Assembly (NCBI GenBank): GCA_963721585.1
Contig: CAVRJN010000009.1
Location: forward strand, 47,900-111,899
From: an uncultured Acidimicrobiaceae bacterium
Lineage (GTDB): Bacteria; Actinomycetota; Acidimicrobiia; Acidimicrobiales; RAAP-2
Reading direction: 5' to 3'
DNA: 64,000 nt
Shown: piece by piece, positions 18,007 to 27,154 of the stretch
How positions within the stretch are numbered: the stretch's first letter is position 1
Layout: every line of letters begins with the position of its first letter
Notes under the pieces: model-generated
Told to the model about the DNA's origin: nothing
The model's input: only the letters and a program-made list of their open reading frames with translations
The model's database searches: none
Made by a program: the position numbers and the translations under genes

Positions 18007-18263
18007 AAGGCGGCGGCCCCGGCAGCGGCCAGCGCCTCGTTGATGCTCTGGACCAGGCGACGCGCCGAGTCCGCGCTGAGCTCGACGGCGACGCGGGCGC
18101 CGGGACCTCGCCGAGGGTCGGCGAAGTCGATGTTCAGGGTGTGATCGAACTGCGCATGGAACGGATGGTCGAAGTACACGCTGGCCGAGGTGACGGGCAT
18201 CCACCCCTGCGCTCCCTTGGCGCTGCCGGCGATCTCCGTGGCGACGGTGAGGTAGGAGCACAT
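18003..18263 (-). CDS. small conserved protein (86 aa), DUF6295-like by recollection
   Basis: ATG at 18263 preceded by GGGGAG. Sequence MCSYLTVATEIAGSAKGAQGWMPVTSASVYFDHPFHAQFDHTLNIDFADP...VAVELSADSARRLVQSINEAL. The family assignment comes from memory only. Confidence 0.5.
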   Translation of the reverse strand: MCSYLTVATEIAGSAKGAQGWMPVTSASVYFDHPFHAQFDHTLNIDFADPRRGPGARVAVELSADSARRLVQSINEALAAAGAAAL

Positions 18264-18265
18264 GG

Positions 18266-19021
18266 TCAACTCCCCGCCAGGTAGCGGCCGTACCACTCGA
18301 AGATCCGCTGCCAGCCGTCGACCGCAGCCTCGGGTCGATAGGCCGGACGGTCCACGGAGAAGAACGCGTGCCCCGCTCCGTCGTAGCGGTGGAACTCGTA
18401 GGTCTTGCCGGCCGCCTTTAGCGCCGCCTCGAGCTCGTCGACCTGCTCGGGGCTCGGGAACTGGTCGTCGTTTCCGAACAGGCCGAGCAGCGGGCAACGG
18501 AGGTCCGGCGTCCGGTCCACGAGGGGCGTCACCTTGAGCGGGAAGCCGTCGGGAGGCGTCCCCACGACGAAGGCCCCGTAGCAGTCGACGGCTGCATCGA
18601 CGGGCACGCTCACCGCAGTCAGGAATGAGTGCCGCCCGCCTGAGCAGTAGCCGATGACGCCGACCTTGCGGTTGGACGTGGGCAGCGCCCGCAGTGCCTT
18701 CACTGCGGCCTCGGCGTCACCCACGAATTGCTCGTCGGGGATGCCGCCGGCCTGGCGCGTGGCGGCCGCCGCGTCGTCGGGGTCGACATTCAGCCCCTGG
18801 CGGGCGTAGAGGTTGGGGCACAGGGCGTTGTAGCCCTCGGCGGCGAAGCGGCGAGTGATCTCCTTCGTCGTCGAGTCCCAACCAGGGAGGTGGTGGATGA
18901 CCACGACTCCGGGGAAGGGCCCGGCGCCGGCGGGAAGGGCCCGATAGGCGTTGATCTCGGCGCCCTCGAAGCCGGCGAACGTGATGTTCCCGGCGCTGAG
19001 GGCCTCTTCGGGTGCGGACAC
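18266..19021 (-). CDS. dienelactone hydrolase family protein
   Basis: 251-aa ORF. VVVIHHLPGWD, nucleophile elbow GVIGYCSGG, and C-terminal YDGAGHAF. Confidence 0.85.
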   Translation of the reverse strand: MSAPEEALSAGNITFAGFEGAEINAYRALPAGAGPFPGVVVIHHLPGWDSTTKEITRRFAAEGYNALCPNLYARQGLNVDPDDAAAATRQAGGIPDEQFVGDAEAAVKALRALPTSNRKVGVIGYCSGGRHSFLTAVSVPVDAAVDCYGAFVVGTPPDGFPLKVTPLVDRTPDLRCPLLGLFGNDDQFPSPEQVDELEAALKAAGKTYEFHRYDGAGHAFFSVDRPAYRPEAAVDGWQRIFEWYGRYLAGS

Positions 19022-19134
19022 AGTGTCTCCTTTTCTGCGTTGCTCCGAGCGGCGTGTTGCTCGGTTGCGCCGACCCTATGGCCTGCCACCGGTGACCGCG
19101 GCGGGCACGCCGCGAGCTCGCGGCGTGCCGGCAG

Positions 19135-20388
19135 GTGCCCGCCACCGTGCTCGCCCGGCCCGCAACCGGCATGATGTGTGCCGTGCGTCGACTGTCCGTG
19201 GCCCGGGCCGGGCTCGTCTCGTTGGCCGCTGTCGTCGTGACGGGCATTCCGCTGGGCGGGGCGGCCGCGGCAGACGGGTCGGTGGGGGCGGTGCGTACCG
19301 TGTTGGGCCCGGCTGTTCTGGACACGCCCGACGGCCTCGCACTCAGTGCGGACGGGGACCTCTTCGTCGCCGATACCGGGCACTGCCGTGTGCTTGTGAT
19401 GCCCGCCACCTCCGGGACCCGTTACGGCCTGCGCCTGCACGCGGGACATGCCGCCACCCTGGCCGGGGGGTCGTGCTCTGGCACCCGCTCCATCGGCCAC
19501 CCGAGCGGCGTGGCCGTCGACGCCCAGGGTGACGTCTACATCGCAGAGGCCACCGCGCAGCGCGTCCAGGTGGTAGGGCCGGCCGCTCGGGCCGTCGTCA
19601 CGGTGGCGGGCACGGGCCAAGCCGGCTTCAACGGGAACGGCCTCGCCGGGAGCGCCAGCGAGCTCGACGAGCCAACTGGGGTCACCGTCGACGGCAGCGG
19701 CGACCTTGTCATCGCCGACACAGCCAACTGCAGGGTGCGGGTGCTCGCGGCCCGGAGCGCGATGCTCTTCGGGCGGGCCATGGTGGCCGGGCACCTCTAC
19801 ACGGTGGCCGGCACCGGTGTCTGCGGCTCGGCCGGCCAGGGCGGCCCCGTGGCGGCGGCGCAGCTGTGGAACCCGGTGGCGGTGGCCGTCGACAACGCGG
19901 GCGACCTGCTCGTGGCCGACGACGGCGACCAGTCCGTGCTGCTCGCTCCCGCACACGGCGGGACCTTCTACGGCAGCGCGGTCGGCGCGGGCGATATCGG
20001 CGTCGTCGTGGGCGGGACGGGCGGGTACGGGCCGTATCTCGCGGACGGACTCTCGGCGACGGGACCGGCGGCGGAGCTCAACGATCCCCGGGGCCTCGAC
20101 GTCGGCTCGAGCGGGGTACTGGTCGTCACCGATGGTTTCATGCATGCCGTGCGAGTCGCCCCCTCGTCCGACGAGACGTTGTTCGGCCGCCCCATGACGG
20201 CCGGGGACCTCTACACGGCGGCCGGCGCGATGCCCGTGACCAGTCCGGCCGGTGCGGGCGACGGCACGAGGTGGGTGCTGACCCGGTTCGGCACGCCCAC
20301 GGGTGTGGCGGTGTCCGCCTCGGGGACGGCGTACGTCGCGGATGCCGGCGACAACACGGTGCGCGCCATCGCAGGGGGCGGTGCGTGA
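19135..20388 (+). CDS. secreted NHL-repeat (six-bladed beta-propeller) protein
   Basis: Signal-like LVSLAAVVVTGIPLGGAAAADG. Six repeats of the type GDLFVADTGHCRVLVM / DVYIAEATAQRVQVV / DLVIADTANCRVRVL / DLLVADDGDQSVLL / VLVVTDGFMHAVRV / TAYVADAGDNTVRAI. Start is uncertain (GTG 19135 or ATG 19171). Confidence 0.75.
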   Translation: MPATVLARPATGMMCAVRRLSVARAGLVSLAAVVVTGIPLGGAAAADGSVGAVRTVLGPAVLDTPDGLALSADGDLFVADTGHCRVLVMPATSGTRYGLRLHAGHAATLAGGSCSGTRSIGHPSGVAVDAQGDVYIAEATAQRVQVVGPAARAVVTVAGTGQAGFNGNGLAGSASELDEPTGVTVDGSGDLVIADTANCRVRVLAARSAMLFGRAMVAGHLYTVAGTGVCGSAGQGGPVAAAQLWNPVAVAVDNAGDLLVADDGDQSVLLAPAHGGTFYGSAVGAGDIGVVVGGTGGYGPYLADGLSATGPAAELNDPRGLDVGSSGVLVVTDGFMHAVRVAPSSDETLFGRPMTAGDLYTAAGAMPVTSPAGAGDGTRWVLTRFGTPTGVAVSASGTAYVADAGDNTVRAIAGGGA

Positions 20389-23187
20389 GCCGGTTCGGCC
20401 GGCGCACCTTCATGGCCGCCTCCGCTGGTGTGGCCGCCGGCGCCGTCGGGGCCGGCTCGCTGGCCGGAGCCGATGCCCGAACCGATGCGGACGCCGGCGC
20501 GGCACCCCGGGCCGATCGCCTGCCCTCGGTCAAGGAGTCGTTCGCGAGCCCGCTCGGCCCGCTGCGCTCCACGGGGCTCACCGTGAACGGTCTCGTCAAC
20601 CCGGTCGGCGTGGACCCCGACGGGGTGTCGTTCGCCTGGACGTTGCACGCGACGGGCCGTTCGGCGATGCAGACGGCGTACCGGGTGATCCTGCGCCGCA
20701 TCGACCCGTCCCATGCCGCCCTGGTGTGGGACAGCGGTCCCGTCGTCTCCGCGCAACAAGCGTTCGTCGCGTACCGCGGGCCCACCTTGGCCGCCGACGC
20801 GGCGTACGAGTGGACGGTACGCCCGCGGGTACGCGGCAACATGGGGCGCACCGTCCGCGCCGGCTCACTTCACCACCGCGTTACGTGGCGGCGACTGGCG
20901 GGGCCAGTGGCTGCGCCCAGCGGGCGACTCGTCGCAACCCGACCGCGTGACCTATCTCCGTGCCGAGGTGACGCCCCCCGCCGGGACGTTGGCGCGTGCC
21001 ACTGCCTACCTGTCGGCCGCGCACACCTACCGCTTCTACGTCAACGGAGCATCCGCCGATGCCTGGCCCAGCTTCTCCTATCCCGACGAGCAATACGCGC
21101 GGGCGGTCGACCTGACGCGGTTGATCCGGCCGGGGAGGCCGAGCGCGCTCGGCGTGTTGCACCGCTGGTACGGGCCCGGCCAGGGCCGGCCGGCCTCGTC
21201 CGCCGGACTGCTCTTCCACCTCTCCCTCTGGTATGCCGACGGCCGGCACGTGACCTTCGGGTCGGACGGCTCGTGGCGGGAGCTCCCCGCGGAGTGGCTG
21301 CCGTCGCCGCTGCGCAATTCCGACGTGGGTGACTTCGTGGAGTGGATCGACGGGCGAGCCCAACCTCAGGGATGGTCGGAGCCGGGCTACGACGACAGCG
21401 CCTGGTCGACGACCAAGGTGATCGGGCCGGCCGGCACGGCTCCGTTCACCGCGACATACGCGCAGCGGACGACGATCCGGGAGACGACCGTTCTGCCGGT
21501 GAGCCTCCACACAGTGGCCGGAGGCGCCGTCGTGGCCGACTTCGGCGCGGTGTACGCGGCTCGACCCCTGGTCAAATTCGGACACGGGCAGGACGGCACG
21601 ACGGTGACGATGCGGGCTGGCTATCTCCTCGATCCCGACGGGCAGGTGTCGACATTGCATGGGACCCAGGAGACCAACCTCTCCTCGTCCTACATCATGC
21701 GGGCGGGTCCCCAGACGTACGAGGCGTTCACGTACTTCGGCTTCCGCTACTTCCAGATCGAAAATCCCGGAGAGGAGCTCGGCCACAACCAGGTGGTCGC
21801 CCTCGCGCGGCATGCAGACATGCCCGCAGTCGCACCGGCGACGTTCTCGTCGGACCACCGCATGCTCAACGCCGTCTGGCGGCTCACGACCCGCTCGTGC
21901 CTCTACTGCAGCCAGGAGCAGTTCGTCGACACGCCGACCCGCGAGAAAGGTCCATTCACGTGGGACGCCGCCAACGAATCCGAGGGCATCATGCGCGCCT
22001 TCGGCGACCAGAACATGAGCTGGCAGGGCCTGCGCGACGTGGCGCGCGGCCAGGCTCGCTACTGGCCCACCGGCCAGGTCAACGCCGTCTACCCCAACGA
22101 TGACGGCGCCCGCTTCTACGCAACCTCCACGGCGCGCTACCCCGAATGGGTCTGGCGTTACTACCTCTCGACTGGCGACACGGCCACCGCGTTGGCCCAC
22201 TACGCCTCCACCGTCAAAGCAGCCGCTTGGTTGTGGTCGGCTCGCCAGGCCGGCACCGGACTCCTCTATGGGCTCGGCGACACGAGCAACGGCGACCCGG
22301 TCTACGGCTACGACCTCTCCGTCGCCGCGGACACGGCGAGCAACGTGCTCTCGGTCAACGCCTTCGCCCGAGTGGCCCAGTTGGCGACCCTGGCGAACGA
22401 CCGGTCCGGTGCTGCGCTCTGGCAGGGACGGGCTGCCCAGCTGGCCGCAGCCGTCAACACGGTCCTGCGCCACCCCGACGGAACCTACATCGACGGCGTC
22501 GACGCCGACGGCGCGCAGAGCCCAAGCCGCTCCCAGGAGGCCAACGCGCTCCCACTCGCCTACGGCGTCGTGCCGGCGGCTGACGTGCAAGTGGTCGCCT
22601 CCCATGTGACGAGTCTGGGGATCGACGTCGGCCCGAACCACGGGCTCGAATTGCTTCGAGCGCTGGCCGCGGCCGACCGGCCAGACGACATGGTCCACAC
22701 CCTGACCGACGCGTCCATACCTGGCTGGGCCAACATCATCGTCGCGGGCGGCACCTTCACCTGGGAGCAGTGGCGCCCGAGCGACCTCATCGGGGACTCC
22801 ATGTCGCACGGCTGGGGCTCCTCAGCGCTCGCTGCCATTCAGGAATCCCTGCTCGGGGTGTCCTTCATAAATCCCGACCCCGACGGCACCGTACGTGTCT
22901 CCGTTGCGCCCCCGTCCTCGGGGCTGTCACGAGCCTCGGGCTCGGTCCCAACGGTGGCGGGCCCGGTCACCGTGGCGTGGGAGCGCAGGGGCGGCGGCGT
23001 GGCGCTCGAGCTCGAAGTGCCGGCCAACGCGTCGGCTCTCGTGCGGCTGCCCAGCACCGAACCCGCGACGGCGCGCGAAGGCGGTGTCCCGGCGACCCGG
23101 GCGCCAGGCGTGGCGGTCTTTCCCGCGACGGACGGCCGGGCGGTCCTCTCGGTGGGAAGCGGAGGTTACCGGTTCACGTCGAGGTGA
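20385..23187 (+). pseudogene. Tat-signal GH78 alpha-L-rhamnosidase, reading frame broken once near 20815-20845
   Basis: GTG 20385 overlaps the NHL stop (GTGA). Tat motif SRFGRRTFMAASAGVAAGA. The N-terminal rhamnosidase domain (LTVNGLVNPVGVDPDGVSFAWTL...MQTAYRVIL...WDSGPVVS...AYEWTVR) is in frame 0. WGAPSAPAHFTTALRGGDWRGQWLRP onward (824-aa ORF 20713..23187) is in frame +1. Total length 2803 nt is not a multiple of 3. Confidence 0.6.
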
Positions 23188-23406
23188 CCTGTCGCGCTCC
23201 GCCTCTCCCTCCCCAGGCCACAAAAACGAGGCGACTCGGAGTCGGTCGAACGACTGCGGAGCGCAGCCGACCACGACGCTCATATCGTCGGCGGACGAGG
23301 GAGCCACCGACCGATTCGCCCTCTCCAGCGGAAAGGAGGCGCCACGCCCACATCTGCCTGACGTCTCGCTGCCACTGTCGCTGTCGGTGGTGCAGCCGCC
23401 TAAACG

Positions 23407-24177
23407 TCACGCGCTTGCGATGTCGGGGATGACCTCGGCGTACTGCTCGAGCGGGAGGATCCGGACGCCGGCTGCTGAGGATGCCTGGTCGAGAATACGA
23501 GTCCGGTCGGCGTCATCCCTGTTCTCCTGTGACTCGTCCACACCCTCGGCGTCGATGAAATACCCGCGAAGCCAGGTCCCGAGGACGTCGCCGCGGAGCG
23601 CCGGAACTGGGCCGCCGGTGAGTCCGGCGTCGTCGACGTCGAAGGCGAGCAAGAGCATCCCGTGAGCCCGTTGGCCGTCAGGGCCCAGGCTCGGCTGGAA
23701 GTAGGACAAATCGAGCACACGGGCGCCGAATCGTCCGTAGAAAGCGAGCCGCGCCGTCGGGTCGCCGACCAGGCCTTCGTTGCGATGACACCTCGGATCA
23801 TCGACTTCGGCCAGCGTCACGAGAGCCCGACGCGCCCGCGACCAGACCGGGAGGTGTCGCATGAGACACGTCCCGACGCCTCGGCCACGCAGGCCGGGTC
23901 GCGCCGCCAGGTACGAGAGTAGATAGACACCGCTTGGGGGATCCCAGTCACCGATCATCGCCCCGAGGATCTCCCCGGATTCGTCGCACGCGGCGGCTAC
24001 GTCAGTATTCCTCTGCTCTTGATCCAAGGACCACGCAACCATCTCGAGTGGTTCGAGCTCCTCTTTCCGAAAGGACGGCACGAGGATCTCGTCGTACAGC
24101 CGATTCAGGAGCTCTGCGGCGTCCGGCCTGTCGGCAATGTCAATGACCTCTGGCGTCGGTTCGCTCCGGTCTGTCAA
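23407..24177 (-). CDS. GNAT-family N-acetyltransferase
   Basis: 256-aa ORF. Acetyl-CoA motif A LAARPGLRGRGVGTCLM (R-x-x-G-x-G). Begins 3 nt after the stop of the 923-aa gene. Confidence 0.7.
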   Translation of the reverse strand: MTDRSEPTPEVIDIADRPDAAELLNRLYDEILVPSFRKEELEPLEMVAWSLDQEQRNTDVAAACDESGEILGAMIGDWDPPSGVYLLSYLAARPGLRGRGVGTCLMRHLPVWSRARRALVTLAEVDDPRCHRNEGLVGDPTARLAFYGRFGARVLDLSYFQPSLGPDGQRAHGMLLLAFDVDDAGLTGGPVPALRGDVLGTWLRGYFIDAEGVDESQENRDDADRTRILDQASSAAGVRILPLEQYAEVIPDIASA

Positions 24178-24180
24178 CGT

Positions 24181-26952
24181 CTAACCCTCCTCGCTGGTGG
24201 ACGTTTCAACCTGAGGGACCAAATCAGAGCTCCGCGCCCGCTTCCGCTCCGCGATCCGTTGCTTGGCTGCAGCGTAGGGTGCCGTGAGCCACGCGCCAAC
24301 CTTCTTGAGCCGCTTCCGGATTGCCTCGATTCCATCGTCTGCCCCGGGGAGCCTGCTCACGAAGATGAAGGCGAAAATGAGCAAACCGAACAATACGAGC
24401 GACTCAAGAGTCAACACGCCCCCCTTGTAGCGTTCTCCTTGGTCAAAAAGAGTGACCAGTGCAGCCACCGAAGGGACACCGACGAGCACCGCTCCAGCCG
24501 ACAGGTAAAAGGTCTGTTTGTCTACCCTCTGCTGTTCCCTCGTCTCTGCCATGGCCGCCAGGGTGTCGAGATGGGCGTTCAATACGTCAAAGTGAGATTG
24601 GAGTTCCCCTTCGAGCCGTTCGATCCCTGCGATGGCGAACATCTGGTCGAGATATTTCCGATGGACAGCAGTCAGACACAGATCCGGCGAACGGATCTGG
24701 GCCAGGATCATCTTGGCGTTGGTGAGGAGCTCGCGCAGTTCGAGTTGCCGAGCCTTTAGTTCCTGTGTTGTCGCTCCATCGTGGAGGTTCTCGGTCTCCT
24801 GGCGGATCTGGCTCATCCAGCTCTCGAGGAGGATGGGCAACGAAGCGACGAACTCCGCTGCCTCCTCGTGCTCCTCAATGAGGAACGCCGGCGTTCCTCG
24901 GAGGAGGCCAAACGTCGTGTTGGTGGTTCGATAGGCGAAATTTCCAATGAACGACAGTGGCTGCATTGCGTTGTCGTCGTCGAGATCGGGCAAGCTGTAC
25001 CGCGACCATTCTTCGAGAACGGCAGCGGCGTGACGGACTGGCTGAACGAGAAGTGTCAAGCCTTTTGCGTCATCTGCACGCAGCTCGTCGATGGAGAGAT
25101 CCTTGAGTTTCCCATCGTGGGCACGCTGCCGCCGCGGTTCCAGAGAGAGTTCCTGCGCGGTCACAATCACATGTGGAAATGCCTTGCGCGGAGGGAAGGT
25201 CTCTGTCGGCTTCCTCTCGGCTTGCTCCGAGTGATCGGGCTCAGTCTCTACGCCAGGGTCCCCGTGGTTGATGTGCAAAACGAGATGGCCCACCAAGCTA
25301 TCGATAATGTCCTGGGCGAGGTCGTAGAGACGCGACTTCTTGACGTTGGCAAAAGTGACCTTCTCGTCACCCATCTGCTGCATGGCCCTGCGCATCGCTT
25401 GATTGAGCTCATGGATGGAGCAGTCCTGGAGCGGACTCTCGAACCGTAGGTAGTGATTGCCTAAACGACTGAGTCGGATCTCGAGCGAGAAGCAAAGATC
25501 GCCTTGCTCCTGCAGAATGTCCTGCGCCTTCGTCCTGACCCTTGGCTCATTCTCCTTGGAAAACTTGAACTTCACTCCTCTGAACAACTTCTCGTCCGCG
25601 CCCGCTTGACCGTCCCACATGTCAGTGAGCTCGAGCTCACTCAGGTCTGCCTCGAGACCGCCGAACTTCCACCTGTTGCCCGTATCGCACTCCCGGGCCG
25701 CTTCGATCAGGGTGGACGGATCTACCCAAGGAAGGGCGAAGGGAAAGCAGTAGATGACTTTTCCCTCGTCGACGAAAAGACGGGGCCACGCGTCACGAAG
25801 GCTTTCGAGTCCGAGACGGTGGCTCCGGAGCTCACTTTCATAGACGTCGCCCTCGATCGCACCTTCCGCAGCCCGCACCTCCTCGTCAACCTCCGCGAAC
25901 GTAGTGTCAGCGTCTTCAGCGTCTGTGATGTACGCGATGACTGCATCGCTCACTCGGGCAACGGCGTTGAAGTAGGCGCAATCGATCGCAGCACGTGCTC
26001 GAACGAACCCAAAGCAGCCGTGAGGGCCCGACGAAGTCCCACTCGATTCCTGTTCCATTTGGCACAGCTTCTGCTCGATTGACTCGCTGCTCTCCGCGAT
26101 CTCGGACGCATATTTCTGCATAGTCAGCGGGCACGAGCAGTTCAACCCGCTTTCCACACTCATTGCCGGGTCGATGGAGTCGCACAGGCACATGATGAGA
26201 TCCACCAATTCGTCGGTCTCGTCATCTGTCTCCTGACGGAGCTGATCCCTCACGCCGTCGAAGGACTCTCTCGAGGCGTGGATGATCCGACGGATGCCGT
26301 CCCAATCCGAGGTGTCTTCCCAGATTCTGAGTTGCCGGGCATAGAGATACGCCGCCAACAGTTCGATGTGTCTTGAAGAGCGGCAGGCACTGGAGAAGTT
26401 TTCGGCAATAATCGCCCGTGCTCTTTCGTGCAAGACGTTCAGCGCTTCATTCGATGTCTCCTCGCCCTTCGCCATTTCGACCAGAATGTGAAGCTTGTCC
26501 TCTTCTGGTGCCTTCTTCTTCCGGAATTTCCCGGTTCTCTTTTTCGACCCAGACTTGTCTCCAGGGCCAGGTTCCCGATCTGGTGCATATTCTGCCGCTT
26601 GCACGAGGTCGGCAAAGCGTTCCTTGCTGTCACGCAATGTGCTGATCGCGTTGTTCAGCGTCTCGACGGCGTCCTTGCCCTCGAATGTGTCTTCAAGAGC
26701 CTTCCGTCGACGTTCTTTGAGCTGCGACGCGGATTCGTCCGTGCGGAGAGCAATTCGGACATCAGCTTGGTGACGGGGAACTGTGTTCGTCGTGATCGTG
26801 TTGTAGCTCCCCCGAAGGGTCTCTTCGAGCGTGTCGTAGTCGCGATCGAGCAGCTCGGTAGCGATCTGTTTCCAGAGCTTCTCGTCGAGGCCATCTCGCG
26901 AGCTTTGCGCGCTCTGGGAGGTCTGCCCCCTCTTCGCATCGGTTGTAGTCAT
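24181..26952 (-). CDS. hypothetical 923-aa protein: charged helical N-terminus, central mixed domain, coiled stalk and C-terminal 2-TM hairpin
   Basis: Uninterrupted ORF in AT-richer DNA with protein-like composition. ATG 26952 was chosen because the extension to 27285 overlaps the peptidase gene. TM helices FYLSAGAVLVGVPSVAALVTL and VLTLESLVLFGLLIFAFIFV lie at nt 24358-24510. No family motif recognised. Confidence 0.7.
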   Translation of the reverse strand: MTTTDAKRGQTSQSAQSSRDGLDEKLWKQIATELLDRDYDTLEETLRGSYNTITTNTVPRHQADVRIALRTDESASQLKERRRKALEDTFEGKDAVETLNNAISTLRDSKERFADLVQAAEYAPDREPGPGDKSGSKKRTGKFRKKKAPEEDKLHILVEMAKGEETSNEALNVLHERARAIIAENFSSACRSSRHIELLAAYLYARQLRIWEDTSDWDGIRRIIHASRESFDGVRDQLRQETDDETDELVDLIMCLCDSIDPAMSVESGLNCSCPLTMQKYASEIAESSESIEQKLCQMEQESSGTSSGPHGCFGFVRARAAIDCAYFNAVARVSDAVIAYITDAEDADTTFAEVDEEVRAAEGAIEGDVYESELRSHRLGLESLRDAWPRLFVDEGKVIYCFPFALPWVDPSTLIEAARECDTGNRWKFGGLEADLSELELTDMWDGQAGADEKLFRGVKFKFSKENEPRVRTKAQDILQEQGDLCFSLEIRLSRLGNHYLRFESPLQDCSIHELNQAMRRAMQQMGDEKVTFANVKKSRLYDLAQDIIDSLVGHLVLHINHGDPGVETEPDHSEQAERKPTETFPPRKAFPHVIVTAQELSLEPRRQRAHDGKLKDLSIDELRADDAKGLTLLVQPVRHAAAVLEEWSRYSLPDLDDDNAMQPLSFIGNFAYRTTNTTFGLLRGTPAFLIEEHEEAAEFVASLPILLESWMSQIRQETENLHDGATTQELKARQLELRELLTNAKMILAQIRSPDLCLTAVHRKYLDQMFAIAGIERLEGELQSHFDVLNAHLDTLAAMAETREQQRVDKQTFYLSAGAVLVGVPSVAALVTLFDQGERYKGGVLTLESLVLFGLLIFAFIFVSRLPGADDGIEAIRKRLKKVGAWLTAPYAAAKQRIAERKRARSSDLVPQVETSTSEEG

Positions 26953-27154
26953 GATCTCAGTGCACCGCCTGCATTCGCGCCGCCCGACTCGTCGGGCTGA
27001 AGTTGCAACGCTAGTGAATCTCGGCCGCCTCTGCCCAGGTGGTGGCAGGACAGCGCGCCGTGGCGGCCAGGCCCGAGGCATCCACCGAGGCGCGGGTCCG
27101 CAGGGCCGAAGGTGAAGAGCCCACGTCGATGAAGTCGCGCCGTCACTCGGCGCG

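Noticed and set aside
16657-18144. 495-aa plus-strand ORF
   Set aside because: It is antisense to the LLM oxidoreductase and APH kinase genes. Its composition is Arg/Gly/Pro/Ala-rich with no motifs, which is a typical high-GC shadow ORF.
18790-20145. 451-aa minus-strand ORF
   Set aside because: It is antisense to the NHL-repeat gene and the dienelactone hydrolase 5' region. Low-complexity Arg/Gly/Pro content.
20881-22809. 642-aa minus-strand ORF
   Set aside because: It lies entirely antisense to the GH78 rhamnosidase, which has clear family motifs. Its composition is Arg/Gly/Val-rich junk.
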